DNA of 64,000 nucleotides from NCBI RefSeq assembly GCF_009914755.1, contig NC_060925.1; one strand, 5' to 3'. This stretch comes from the human T2T-CHM13v2.0 reference genome, Homo sapiens. The notes under the pieces were generated by a model. That model worked only from the letters and a program-made list of their open reading frames with translations, searched no databases and was not told the DNA's origin. Shown one piece after another: positions 14,665 through 29,159 of the stretch; position 1 is the stretch's first letter; the number at the start of each line of letters is the position of its first letter. The translations under genes and the position numbers were made by a program.

Positions 14665-15035
14665 TGTTGCAGGTGGGGTTTTCAGAGAGCAGTCACTGAG
14701 ACTGAGTTTGGGATACTAGATCCCAAAGGAAGGGATGAGAGAGAGAGCAGAACTGAGCAGAGGGGGAAAGGGAACCACCAGGCAGCTCAACGGAGTACTG
14801 ACCAGGAGCCCTGGAGCAAGTCGCCCAGCAGCGAGTGGCCTCTGTCCCCCTGCCTTGCTCAGTCCCTGGGTGTGGCTGCCCTGGGAAGATGAGACCTGGA
14901 GCAGGGCAGTTTGGCTGCTGGGCCTGCCGCTGAAGGAGCTTCAGCCAGGGCCTGTCTGCCAACACACTTCCTGCTGCTCGGCAGCAAAGCCCTCCCAGAA
15001 TGGAGCCTGGGTGATGCATCTCTGTGTCCACCCCA
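14665..15035. mobile_element. Old ERVL-type LTR (LTR33/LTR40-like)
   Basis: tgttgcaggtggggtttt...ctgagactgagtttg motif in GC-richer sequence. Weak recall. Confidence 0.4.
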
Positions 15036-15207
15036 AGCCTGAAGCTCCCTTGAGACCCTTGCCTGAGCCTATTTCCAAATATGACCACTATATTAGAGTA
15101 GGTTTGGATCCTTCTCATCAATGGTTTTATACTTGTACTATAAATTCCTGTATCCATACATATGGCCCAGTTTAGTATGTTTTAGCCATAGAAAAATGTT
15201 GTCATCC

Positions 15208-16586
15208 ATTGGCCTAGGCAAAGAATTTATGACTCAGTCCTTAAAAATAAATGAAACAAGAACAAAAATGACAAGTGGGACCTAATTAAACTAAAGAGTT
15301 TCCACACAACAAAAGAAACTGTCAACAGAGTAAACAGACAATGGCATGGGAGAAAATATTTGCAAATTATGCATCCAATGAAGAACAAATATCCAGAATC
15401 CATGAGGAACTTAAATCCATAAGAAGAAAACAACCCCATTAAAAAGTGGGCAAAGGACATGAACAGACACTTCTCAAAAGAAGATATACAAGTGGCCAAC
15501 AAACATATGAAGAAATGCTCAACATCACTAATCGTCAGAGAGATGCAAATCAAAACCATGAGATACCGTCTCACACCTGTCAGAGTGGCTTTTATTAAAA
15601 AGTCACAAAATAGCAGATGTTGTCAAGGTTGCAGAGAAAAGGGAATGCTAACATACTGTTGGTGGGAATGCCTAATCAGTTCAGCCACTGTGGAAAGCAG
15701 TTTAGAGATTTCTCAAGCAACAAAAAAATAGAGTTACCATTCAACCCAACAATCCCATTTCTGGGTATATACCCAAAGGAAAACAAATCATTCTACCAAA
15801 AAGTCACCTGCAATTGTAAGTTCATCACAGCATAATTCACAATAGCAAAGACATGGAATCAACCCAGGTGCCCATCAACAGCAGATTAAATAAAGAAAAT
15901 GTGGTACATATACACCATGGAATACTACACAGCCATAAAAAAGAACAAAGTCAGCCAGCCATGGTGGCTGACACCTGCAATTCCAGCACTTTGGGAGACC
16001 AAGGCGGGTGGATCGCCTGAGGTTGGGAGTTCGAGACCAGCCTGAACAATGTGCAGAAACCCCATCTCTACTAAAAATACAAAATTAGCCAGGTGTGGTG
16101 GCGCATGCCTGTAATCCCAGCTACTCAGGAGGCTGAAGCAGGAGAATCACTTGAACCCGGGAGGCGGAGGTTGTGGTGAACTGAGATCGCACCATTGTAC
16201 TGCAGCCTGGGCAACAAGAGTGAAGCTCTGTCTAAAAAAAAAAAAAAAAAAAAAAAAGATAAAAGTCATGTCATTTTCAGCAACATGGATGCAGCTGGAG
16301 GCTATTATCCTAAGTGAATTAACACAGAAACAGAAAACTAAATACTACACGTTGTCACTTGTAAGTAGAGCTAAACAATGGGACACACATGGACATAAAA
16401 ATAGAAACTATAGACACCGGGAACTCCAAAAAAGGGAAGAGGGAAAGGGCTGAAAAACTACCTATTGGGTGGTGCTATGTTCATTATATGGGTGACAGGT
16501 TTTCAATAGAAGCCCAATGCTTAGCATCATGCAATATACCCTTGTAACAGAGCTGCACATGTACTCCCCAAATCTAAAATTAGAAA
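15208..16586 (+). mobile_element. L1 (L1PB/L1MA-like) 3' fragment: ORF2 C-terminus and 3' UTR
   Basis: Track ORF 15459-15731 ([24 protein letters not shown]...) is L1 ORF2 C-terminal sequence with frameshifts. The 3' UTR ends near 16580. Confidence 0.92.
15953..16257 (+). mobile_element. AluS (Sp/Sq-like) nested in L1
   Basis: Alu dimer, poly-A, TSD-like aaagaacaaagtca / aaagataaaagtca. Confidence 0.93.
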
Positions 16587-16857
16587 CAAGATGCTGTCAT
16601 CATCATAATATATGATATATATGATATATATATTATATATGACATATACAATATATATATAGTTGACCCTTGAACAATAGGGGTTTGAACTACATGGGTC
16701 CCCCTGCTGCCTCTGAGGCAGTGAGACCAACTCCTCTTCTTCCTCCTCTTCCTCAGCCTACTCAACATGAAGACAATGAGAATGAAAACCTTTATAATGG
16801 TCCACTTCCAGTTAATGAATAGTAAATATGTTTTCTCTCTCTTATGATTTTCTTAAT

Positions 16858-17053
16858 TTTTTTATTTTTTTATTTATTTTATTATTATTATACTTTAAGT
16901 TTTAGGGTACATGTGCACAACGTGCAGGTTTGTTACATATGTATACATGTGCCATGTTGGTGTGCTGCACCCATTAACTCGTCATTTAGCATTAGGTATA
17001 TCTCCTAATGCTATCCCTCCCCCTCCCCCCACCCCACAACAGTCCCCGGTGTG
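16858..17053 (-). mobile_element. Young L1PA (L1PA2-4-like) 3' end, heavily 5'-truncated
   Basis: ttatactttaagttttagggtacatgtgcacaacgtgcagg...; TSD ttcttaat at 16850-16857 and 17054-17061. Confidence 0.92.
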
Positions 17054-17273
17054 TTCTTAATGTTTTTTCTCTAGCTGACTTTATTGTAAGAATACAGTAT
17101 AGAATACATGTGGCATAAATGTGCTACATGTATTATGTATGGTACATGTGTTATATACATGTATGCTATATGTGTTAATTGACTGTTTATGTTATCAGTA
17201 AGGCTTCCAGTAAACAGTAGGCTATTAGTAGCTAAGTTCTGGGGGAGTCAGAAGAAGTTATACATGGATTTTT

Positions 17274-17546
17274 GGCTAGGCATGGTGGCTCACGCCTGTA
17301 ATCCCAACACTTTGGGAGGCCAAGACTAGAGTATCGCTTGAGCCCAGAAGTTCAAGACCAGCCTGAGCAACATAGGGAGACTTCTTCTCTACAATGGTGG
17401 TGCACATCTGTGGTCCCAGCTACTTGGGAGGCTGGAGGTGGGAAGATCACTTCAGTCCTAGAGATGGAGGCTACAGTGAGCCATGATCATGCCACTGCAC
17501 TCCAGCCTGGATGACAGAGACATCCTGTCTCAATTTAACAACAAAA
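17274..17546 (+). mobile_element. AluJ
   Basis: Alu dimer lacking the middle A tract; 18-bp TSD aagttatacatggatttt at 17255-17272 and 17547-17564. Confidence 0.92.
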
Positions 17547-18606
17547 AAGTTATACATGGATTTTCAATTGCACAGGGGATTGACACCCCTAACCCTCACA
17601 TTGTTTAACAGTCAACTGCATATACCATACATGTAAACTACACATATATCATATTTATATATATTTTTTATGCTGAAGCTATATTTTTAAATTCAACATT
17701 TTGTTTAAAACATTTGCCTATTCTGATACATGACAATCTTACTCATTACGAATTATTATTAACTAACATATTCTAAATGATGTGAAAAATCTCATTGTGT
17801 TTGTATACTGTGATTTATTTCCTCATATCCTTTCCTGGTGTGTGAGCTGTTTCCTGGTTTACTCTTGTAAGCAAAGATTCAGTGAACATGTGCCCTCCTG
17901 TGTCTGTGGCTTGAGGGTTTCTCTAGGGCACCAGGACAAATGTCTTCCTTGGCTTTTCTGCATTCCCCTTGAACTTGGTGTGGTATCTGCCTGCAACTCA
18001 CGCTCCATTATAAACACCAATCCATAATGCCTGGAATGATGCTCTCCTATTTCCTTCCACCGCAGACTCAAACTGCCAGGTCTTGGAAACCAAAAAGATC
18101 TCAAGGCAGGCAGGTGGTTGCTATGAGCAGTGCTAAAGGCAGGGTTGCTATTTAACTGGACTGTGTTCATAAACCTGTCTTTTCAGATCAAAAGTTTTTG
18201 CTGTAGGGATTCTTCTTTCAAAATGAAGAGACGTAGTATAATATGTATGCAGATGTGGTAATCGAAGAAAAAAGGAACAAAAACTCTAATCTTCTGTTTT
18301 TTTATGCAATCAACATAACAATTGTTAAACTTAAAGAAATGAGGAAGTAAGCAAAACAAAAACAAAGCAAAGCCCTATAAGCAACTAAAGCAGATGTTTA
18401 GTCACTAAAACTCTGTATTTTAATCAAAGGAGGGTACCTACCTATCTTCATCAAAACGTATTTAACTCGCCTTCTCACTTTGTCTCTCTCTGTGTGTGGG
18501 ACAAATGCAGACATATTGTGTGAGTACTTAACTTTTAGAAATTCAATGATAGACACCCAACAAAAATGGAGAGAGATGAGAAATGAAAACTAACCATCAA
18601 ACACCC

Positions 18607-18747
18607 CCAAGTGATGGAGTCTGTGGGCCAGTCATTCCAGGTAATCTGTGCGCATGGCCCCAGCATGGGCCTGTGATCCAATGATGGGTTCTGTGGGCCA
18701 GTCATTCCAGGTAATCTGTGTGCATGGCCCCAGCATGGGCCTGTGAT
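18607..18747. repeat. Tandem duplication of about 70 bp (2 copies)
   Basis: ctgtgggccagtcattccaggtaatctgtgYgcatggccccagcatgggcctgtgat occurs twice with period 70. Confidence 0.95.
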
Positions 18748-18814
18748 GAGAGGTGGGCATCTGCCCTCCTTTGTGAGGGGTGCAACCTGGTGTGTTACTA
18801 AACCTCTTTGTAGT

Positions 18815-18940
18815 CTCCACCTTTTATCTGAAAATCAGGAATAATAACAGCACTTGTTTCATTGGGCCATTGTAGGGATTACATGAGTAAGAACAGATTC
18901 CTCAGGATAGTGTCTCACACATATAAAGTGCTGAATAAAT
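18815..18940 (+). mobile_element. MIR fragment
   Basis: atctgaaaatcaggaataataacagcac...ggattacatgag...aagtgctgaataaatgct. Confidence 0.7.
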
Positions 18941-19709
18941 GCTGCAGATGAAGAAGCCACAGTGGCCCTTGAATGCAGCCCTGTTTTAAAGCTGTAATAA
19001 CTGATGCTAATAATCATGACCTTGGTCCATTGAATAAAAGAAATAACTCTCAGTATTTTCTCAGCATATGCATAGTGAATAAAATATAACTCGATGACAA
19101 CAAAAATATAGATAGGAATGTATGTAAGTATTACAATATGAACAGCAGTATGCAAACACTAATGACCTTAGCTTATTAAGAAAAAATAATGTTCATAATG
19201 TTCAGTGTTTTCTCAGAAAGAAAAATGGTTAATATAATATTTTGAATCATTTTTATTCCCAAATGCCATAGGAAAATTTTACTCCAAATGCTAGATAAGT
19301 TACATAAACTTTTTCCAAAACTGCATTCTACAATACCTTAACAAAATTTCCATGGAAAAGGTATGTTTGTGATAATGTATGGTTGGTCAAGGCTGGCTTA
19401 AAGTGAGCTAAACAGGGATTTTCTCTTTTTGTAATGATGGAACTGGAAACTGGAGTCAATTTTTCTTGCTAAAAATAGAAAATCTGGGAAAATATTAACA
19501 GAAGAGTTTGAACTAACAATACAGTGAGGAATTATGGAGAATAAAATTTAGAGAAGGAAAGAAACCCATAGAAGTAAGCTTGGCATTTAGAATTCCTTTT
19601 TCACAAGTGGTGTCTGCCCATTTGGAAGAGGTAGTTGAGACATTAAGAAGCTGAACAGCATTGTTTAGAGTCACAAGGGAATGGAGAAGCAAAAATCACA
19701 GTTGACAGC

Positions 19710-20518
19710 TCTGAAAAATCAGTTTCTCTACACTCATACAACACTTCTGATATCACATGTGTGGGGTTTTTTCCCTCTCCAGCAGATTCTCTGATATCAG
19801 CTAGGTGTCTGACAATTTAATTCATTTCTGAAATTATCTACTTAGAGTTAGCCTCACATACCATGAGTTAAGTGCTCAGTCCCATAAAACTACCTCCCCA
19901 CTTCAGATGTCAATTGCAAGTCCAGACCTCTCCTACTACTGATCAACCAGCTACAAAATGGGTGACTCCCATGACTCCTTCTTAAGGTTTAATAATTTGC
20001 TAGAATAGCTTGCAGAAATCAGGGAAACCATTTATTTACATTTACTGGCTTATGGTAAAGGATACAACTCAGGAACACTTTAGATGGAGGCAATGCAGAG
20101 GGCAAGGTATGGTATGGAGAGGGTATATGTATGAAGCTTTCATGCTTTCTCTGGGCATGACACCCCCAAGCACCAACCCAGAAGCTTACCAAAATCTCCT
20201 TGTTCAAGAGTTTTTATAGAGCTTAGTCTCCAGTACCCTCTTCCTTCCCAGAAGGTGATGGGTGGGGCTGAAAGTTTTACCCCTCTAATTACATGCTCTT
20301 TCTACTAACCAGCCCCATGCTGAGGCTATCTAGGGGTCATAGCATAAGTCACCTCATTAGCATAAACTCAGGTAATCCAAAGGAGTTCATCATGAGGAAC
20401 AAGACATTTTTATCACTCAGGAAATTCCAAGGGTTTAAAAACTCTGTGCTAGGAACCAGGGACAAAAAAAACAAAAACAGAACAAAAACACACAAATATA
20501 TTTCTTCTTATTATAACA
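19710..20518 (-). mobile_element. MER21-family LTR
   Basis: acacttctga...gctcagtccca...cacttcagatgtcaattgcaagtcc...ggaaattccaagggttt motifs. Confidence 0.7.
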
Positions 20519-21096
20519 CAGGCTCCACTCTGGGGAGCCCTTGGAAATCCATCTCCTTGGTATTGAGACCCTGTAGGACTATAGGCTATTAATAGCAGTA
20601 AGGCTGGGTTGTAAGTAAGTTATCTCTCTCAGGGACTAAGCCTTGCTTTTCATCATGTTCAGACTCTAAAATTGGATTGTGTTAAACCTTAATTACTAGT
20701 GTCCCAAACTGCTTACCAGAAATAGTGTATATCTTTGTGGAGGAAATTAGCATCATCTAAGGCCACAAATTATGTCTACAAAGTTTTGGGGCACAATTCT
20801 TAACTCTTAATAGTAATAATAAAAACTGAGTTGAGAAAAAACCTGGACAACATTAAAATAAAAACCAAGAGAAACAACAGATATAAGAAATAGACCCATA
20901 AGGGAACCTGGAAAGGAAGTACCAGATACTGACCTATAACTGTAATTATTAGTTCAAGAAATAAAACAGCAAGATTGAGCATTTTTGACAAAGAAATGAA
21001 AACCATAAGAAAGAATCAAATGGAAACTTAAAAATACAATGATCAATATTAAAAACTCAATGGATGATGTCAGAAATCGATTAAACACAACTGAAA

Positions 21097-21180
21097 AGAG
21101 AACCAGAGCTTTGGAAAATTGGTCAGAAGAAAATATCCAGAGAACCAGAGTTTTGGAAAATTGGTCAGAAGAAAATATCC
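21097..21180. repeat. 42-bp tandem duplication in the L1 ORF1 relic
   Basis: agagaaccagagYtttggaaaattggtcagaagaaaatatcc x2. Confidence 0.95.
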
Positions 21181-23703
21181 AGAATGAAATGTGAAGAGTG
21201 ACAAAAGGAATGAAAACACAAAACAGAGGCTAAGGGATATAAAAAAGCACTTATAATTATCTGAAACTGGAGCCCCAGAGCAAGAAAAGGGGCAGCATGG
21301 ATTAGAAGCAATATTTGGAAAGATCTTCTGAGAATGTCATAGGACTAATGAAAGACATCAAGCCATAAATCCATGAAGCCCTAAAAATAAATAAAAGTAA
21401 CAGCAGAATAAATAAAAATGAAATGACACATAGGTGTATCAGGATAAAGCTACTGGAATCAAAAAACAAAGAACAAAAAAACCCTCTAAAAACAAGCTAG
21501 AAAAAAGGAAACACATTACATTTAAAGCAGTCAAAATTAGACTGACAGCTAATATCACAGAAGAAACTATCATAGAAGACAATGCAATGACACATTCATC
21601 CAATGTGCTGACAAAAAAGTGTAAACCTAAGATTCTATGAGGAGTGAGAATATTTTCAAGAATGAAGAAATTTTATGCAAATAAAAATCATAAAATTTTG
21701 ATTAAGGCCTGATAAAGGCCTTAATCAAAGGAAACACTAAGATGAAGATACATGTGTATATATATAATTAAAATGCACAGAGATAATAGCATATAATTCA
21801 GGAGAAGAACTAATGAAGTTAAAGTATTATTAGAGTTTTGCATTGTCCAAGAAGAGATAAAAGTACAAACTAATAATTAAACTTTGATAAGACAAGGATG
21901 CAGATTATATTCTTTAATTAACCAGTTAAAGAACAGTAAGATATTTGTAACAACTTAGCAAAACGGGGGAGGGAAGAAAGAAATTTAAAAAAATCTTAAC
22001 AAATCCAAAGGAAGATGAAAAAGGGCAGACAAAGAAACATAGCTAGCTGGAACAATAGAAAAGAGCTAATAATATGATTAATTTAAAACCTAATTATCTG
22101 TTTTACATTAAACGTAAATGGACTACATAAATAGCAACGTGCTACTTAGAGAATAATACATCAGTACAATATGATCAATAAAGTATGATTTTCATACTTT
22201 ACTGATAAAATATGAAATCAATAAAGTATGACTACAGAAAGTTTGAAAGTAAAAGTATAAAAATTAACCAGGCAAGATTAACAAAAGAAAACTTGGGTAG
22301 CTATATTAATAAAAGAAAAGTAAATTTAAAGTCAAAAGACATTGTTAGAGATACAAAGACATTTTATTATGAGAAAAGCATCAATTTTTAATGAAAGTGT
22401 GAAGCTTACAAAATTCTATCACTTATGAATAAGCTTCAAAGCAAAATAAATAGAACTATAAAAAATTCAGAAATGTATAATCACCTTGAGAAACTGTGGA
22501 ACAACTTTTTCAGTAACTCAAAGAAGAAGAAAGGATAGAAAGAGCCAAGACACTTTTGAAGAAGGCCAAGGTAGGGACATTGCTTTACTATATACAAAGA
22601 CTTATAAAGTTACCATGATTAAGACAGTGTGGAACTGGCCCAAGACCAGTGAAGCAGAGTGGAATGCAGGAAGAGATTATGCATGTATGGACACTTAATT
22701 TATGAAAAAAGGTAGCATTGCAGAACAGTGGCAGAAAATAATTTTTTTCAACAAATTGTGTTGAGTCAAATGGATTTGTATTTGGAAAAAAATAAGTAAA
22801 ATGTAATCCACATATCATGCCATAAAAAAATTCCATTCAGTTGGATTATAGGTCTAAATGTGAAAGGTAAAATAATAAAACTCTGGAAAATAAAGTTAGG
22901 AAATATTCATTAACTTGGAATAAGAACACCGTCTTAAATCTGACACAAATGCATTAAACATAAAGAGAATGAATGAAAATGAACTATATTAAAATTAAGA
23001 AGTTTTGTTCATCCAAAAATATTGTAAAGAGAGTGAAACAAGCCACAGACAATATAAAGGACCCTTTAATATTAATATAAAAATAAAGCCAGGCAACCGA
23101 AATAAAAAGGTGCAAAATACTTGCATAGATATGTCATTAAGAAAAAATCCAAGGGTTGGAAACATTGGAAAAGGTGTTTGACTTCACAAGACATCAGAGA
23201 AATGAAGATTAAAACCATAATGTGACACTACTTCACACCTGCCAGAATAACTAAAATTAAAATTTCTGACAATACCAACTCAAATTCTCATACACTACAG
23301 GTGGAGGTGTAAACTAGTATAGCCACTTTAGAAAACTGTTTAACATTACCTATTTAAGTCATATGTATGTGATATTCTAACAATTTCTCTTTTAGATATA
23401 CACAGTACAGAAATACATTCACAAGCTTAGCACAAGACATCTACATGAATGTTCACAGAAGTACTATTTATAAGAGCCTCTAAAGGGAAGCAATCCAAAA
23501 GAGTATTGGTGTTAGAATGGACAATTAAATTAGAATAATTAGAGAATGAAATACTCTATAGCGAAGACAATGAACAATCCAAACTTCATCCAACACATGA
23601 ACGGATCTTACAAACATGATGTTGAATGAGGGAGGCTAAACACAAAGGAAAATATACTTCACGGTTTCATTTATATAAAGTTCAAAACTGAAAAGCTGCA
23701 CTA

Positions 23704-23886
<183 letters not shown>

Positions 23887-23956
23887 TTATCTTGGGAGAG
23901 AAAAGAGGAGATGAGATATTGGTGGGAGGAAGTGTGAGGAAGCAACTGAACACTTC

Positions 23957-24152
23957 GATTTGTATTTGGAAAAAAATAAGTAAAATGTAATCCACATATC
24001 ATGCCATAAAAATTACTTTCAGGTGGATTATAGATCTGAATGTGAAAGGTAAAATAATAAAACTCTGGAAAATAATGTTAGGAAATATTCATTAACTTGG
24101 GATAGAGAACACTGTCTTAAATCTGACACAAATGCATTAAACATAAAGAGAA
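23957..24152 (+). repeat. Dispersed direct copy (about 196 bp) of 22773-22969
   Basis: Manual alignment, roughly 10 differences. Confidence 0.93.
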
Positions 24153-24905
24153 CATAGTGAGCCCTGAGATAGCCTCACGATGTGGGGCTGCGTGTCAGGG
24201 GAACCAATCATGTGCTTAGAGACTTGGAACTTTCAGTCTCAATCCTCCCCCAAGCTCCTGAGAGAGGAGAGAGGCTGAAGGTCAAGCTGATCATCAGTGG
24301 CCAACAATGTAATCAATCATGCCTACCCTACATTATGAAACCTCCATAAAAACCCAAAAGGAAAGGATTCAGGTGAGGTTCTGAGTAGCTGAACCCATGA
24401 AGGTCCTTGGAGGGTGAAGCGCCCCAGAAAGTGCATTGATACCCCATGCCGCTCCCTATACCACGCCTGGTGCATCACTCTGCTTGTTCATCTGCATCCT
24501 ATGTCTTATCCTTTATGATAAATGGATAAAAGTAAGTAAAGCATTGCCCTGAGTTATGTGAGCTGCTCTAGCAAATTAATCAAACCTGAGGAGGGGGTTA
24601 TGGGAACCCCAGTTTATAGCCAGTCACTCAGAAGTATAGGTGACAACTTTTTATACTGCCTGTGATTGGCATTTCGAGTGGGGGCAACCTTATAAAATTG
24701 AGCCCTTGACCTATGAGACCTGACACTATCTCCAGGGAGATAGTGTCAGAATTGAATTATGGAGCACCCAGCAGATGTCTGCTTGAGAATTGCTTGCTTG
24801 GTGTGTAGAGAAAACTCTCCACACATCTAGTGTTAGAAGCATTGTGTAGAACGGTGTGTGAGAGTAGAGAATAGAAGAAGCACTTTGTTTTTTCCCTATT
24901 CTTAA
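24153..24905 (+). mobile_element. MER21A/B-like LTR, 5'-truncated
   Basis: ccaatcatgtgcttagag...gacactatctccaggg.gatagtgtcagaattgaatt motifs. Confidence 0.7.
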
Positions 24906-25080
24906 TATAGTTATTCTTAGGACTCAAGGACAAACCTTATTTGATAAATGTAAGGCAGCCTTAATAAAATGGACTTTGTGTTCAAGGTTAATAGGTACAG
25001 TGGCATTACTGATAAGCCAACCTTTAATAGTTAGGATGCAGCCTTGGCTGCTGTTACAAAAAGACCCAAAATAAGAGTGG

Positions 25081-25791
<711 letters not shown>

Positions 25792-26348
25792 GTGTGCTTA
25801 AATAAGACAGCACATTTTTCTCAAGTTCTAATTGCAGCCCAGGGGTGGTCCCACTATTATCAAGGGTGCAGGCTCTTTCTGTCTCATTCCATCATCCTTT
25901 CCACCCTTTCCAGATAAGTGTGGAGCCTCCTACCCTTTCTGGGGTGCTCCACCCTCCAGTGACCTCTGTGATTTCAGCCGTTCAGCTTCTCGTGATTCAG
26001 GATGGCTGCTGGAAATTGACCCATGACCCACCCACATTCCAGCTAGTGGGGTTAGGGAAAAGGGACAACATGGGAGGGTGTTCCCCTTATTTTTATGGCA
26101 CAAGCTAGAATTGGCATCCATATTGCCGCTTACTCACCATTGGTCAGGACTTGGTCACATGGTCACACCTAGCTGCCGCACAGGCTGGAAACAGTGTGCC
26201 CCTGCCGAGCTAATATATAGGTTTCTTTTAAGACAGAAAGAAAAAAGCATAGATATAGGGGGCTGACGGGAGGTCTTTGATCCTTCAATAAATACCTCTT
26301 TCCTTCACTAAATACCTCTGGAAGGAGTGTTAAAAGATGTCCCATTTA

Positions 26349-26683
<335 letters not shown>

Positions 26684-29159
26684 TCAATGATAAAGTATAG
26701 GAAAATTAGGACCTAGATAAAAGTAAAAAGACTTCCAAGAGAGGACCAATGATTTCCAGATTCTGTGGCATTCAATCAATGAGATTCCTGTTATTTCTGT
26801 GTTTTAGAAGACAGACAATCTGTAGAATGTTCCATTTTTTACACAACACCCAAGCAGCTGATTCACAAGAAAAGTGCTGGAGAGAGCATTCTGACCAGAT
26901 GGCCGATACGTGTTGCTTGCCTGTTTGTGCAAAACAGTTCAGTGTATTAGAAACAGCAGGAGCTTCGGGGTCAGAAAGACTGGGGTGTGCACTATGGCTT
27001 TGTCACTTTTGAGACGAGTGACTCTGCACAATCTGATAGTCAAAACCAAAGCCCACCAATGTCTGGCTTTTCCTTTGAGTCCTTTTAATGGTATTGGCTG
27101 CCTCTTTTGATGAGTCGAATTTCAGTGTATAAATGTTGCCTCTTCTGCTGCAACCCTGCCTCTGCAAGACACCTAATTAACAGCCACATTTTCAAAGGCA
27201 CCTAACAAAAGCCTCCCTGTGTGTCTCAGCACAAGGACTCTCATTAGTGAAGCTGGGTCGGGTGATTTTTTATACCACTTCTATAATTAAAAATTCTGAA
27301 AGCTAATTACAATTATCCATCAGTATTTCAACATGCCGGGGCTGAAGATCTTAACCTTCCTTGAAGCATTGTGCTTCTCTCTCTTCTCATTCTAATCTCC
27401 TTTTGGGCCTTTTTGCTTTCCTTTTGAAAACTCTCCAGTCCTCAAAGCCTGACTGTTTGTTTTCTATATGGTTCTTCAAGCTCCCAGCTGTCAGAAGAGC
27501 TATTTGTTTGTCATCTTTAAAATGGGAAGGGAAGTGCCAACGATTGCTTCATCCTGATACCTCAGCTATCCACATAAATATTTGCAAGATGGGAGGCTCA
27601 GGTTGCAGCCAATGAGCCTGTTCCTGGGTTCAGCTCAACCTGTTCCTCTTGTCCTTCAACTAAAGGGCTCTCCACTGCCACCTGTCAGGGCCTCTAGGTG
27701 TCTCTTGTAAACACTGCGTGTAATTAGTAGCCATTAGTTCCAGCAGTGGTTCAAACAGGGAGGAAAACCAAAATATCAGAAGTTCCATTTAATTAAAGTA
27801 ACTGCATTGAGAGGACTCATCTGACATTGTCTTGCAAGTAATTATTGAACCCTAGGTGCAGCAACATAGAGAAACATCAATATGGAAGAACCTTGTTGGT
27901 TACATCATCATCACCATTATGACACACCACTATCATCATAATCACCTCAACACATTGATATTGAAGTCCCTCTCACTGGGTATACAACCTCCACTGTGGG
28001 CATGGGAGTTCATGCTGACACCAACACCCTCCAGGCAGGCTGAAGCACCGGCCATATGCTGTTTTACACATGGAAGTGCTTCTGGAAATAGTCCTTTCGA
28101 TTACATCTCAAACACCCCAAGGAAGCTGATTTTTCCAGGCTTGCAGTGGCTTCTGGTTTAAAATGACATCTGGCAAAAAGCTTCTCACCAAGAGTTTGGA
28201 CGGCACTAAGCAGGAAGAAAATTCATGCTACCACCAAGAACTGGATTTGATTATCAACATTTTCTAGAATCTGGGGGCAAGTTTCTCTACTTCCAAAGCT
28301 AATGATAATGGGTTGGAAAAAATAGTAAATATAGTAAATCAACTTTGCAGGGTCACTAAAAATTAATAAACAAGTCTTATTATTTGAAAGTGACTGGCAA
28401 CTTTTACATAAATGCCTTCTGCTTTATCAGCTAGAAAATTGGACAGCCATCCCCTTACTGTGGGGGAGCTTCTTTTGTCAGGCATAGAGGTATTTCTACC
28501 CTCTCTAGCAAGAACTGAGAGGACAGAAATTAGGGAAGACTGTAGGCAGGGGTCGCTTTGGGAATGGATCCTATATCCTGGCAGGTGTTGACTGCAGGTA
28601 ACAGGGACAAGAGAAAATTTCATCTCAGCATAGAAGAGCTACTTTACAAGAATGACACTGAGAATTTGACTATAATCTATGTTCATTTTCTCCCCTTCCA
28701 TCTGTACTTCTTAGGATGAATTCCAAATTACACTTAGGTTGAGAAATAATGGGATCGAAAGCAATGCAACATGTTTGCGTGTGAATATGAAGCCCAGTAA
28801 AAATTCTTCTCACTTGAGAATTAGTACACAAATATGAAAAATAGATTTTGATTATAGTTCACAAATGTTCTGTCTTTTCTTGCCATAGGATTTTACCTCT
28901 CCATTATGTTTTACTAAGGCATGGTCATTTGACCTCCTCTGGCTAATGGGAGGTGGGCAGAGTGATATGCACCGCTTTTGATTGAAAGCCTTAGGAGTGA
29001 GCATGTGACCGCTATGTCATCTATATCATAGAGCCACCATGATGGCCAGAGAGAACCTGCCCTGTTAACTTGGGTTCCAAGGTGACAATGACATGGAACA
29101 GTGCCTCAGGTGATTAGGAATAGATGAGTAACATGGGAAGAGATATCCACACTGTATAC

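Larger units (their letters stand above)
16660..17618. mobile_element. Tigger2a/MER28-like TcMar DNA transposon hosting L1PA and AluJ insertions
   Basis: Termini (c>t)agttgacccttgaaca and tgtttaacagtcaactg. Confidence 0.8.
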
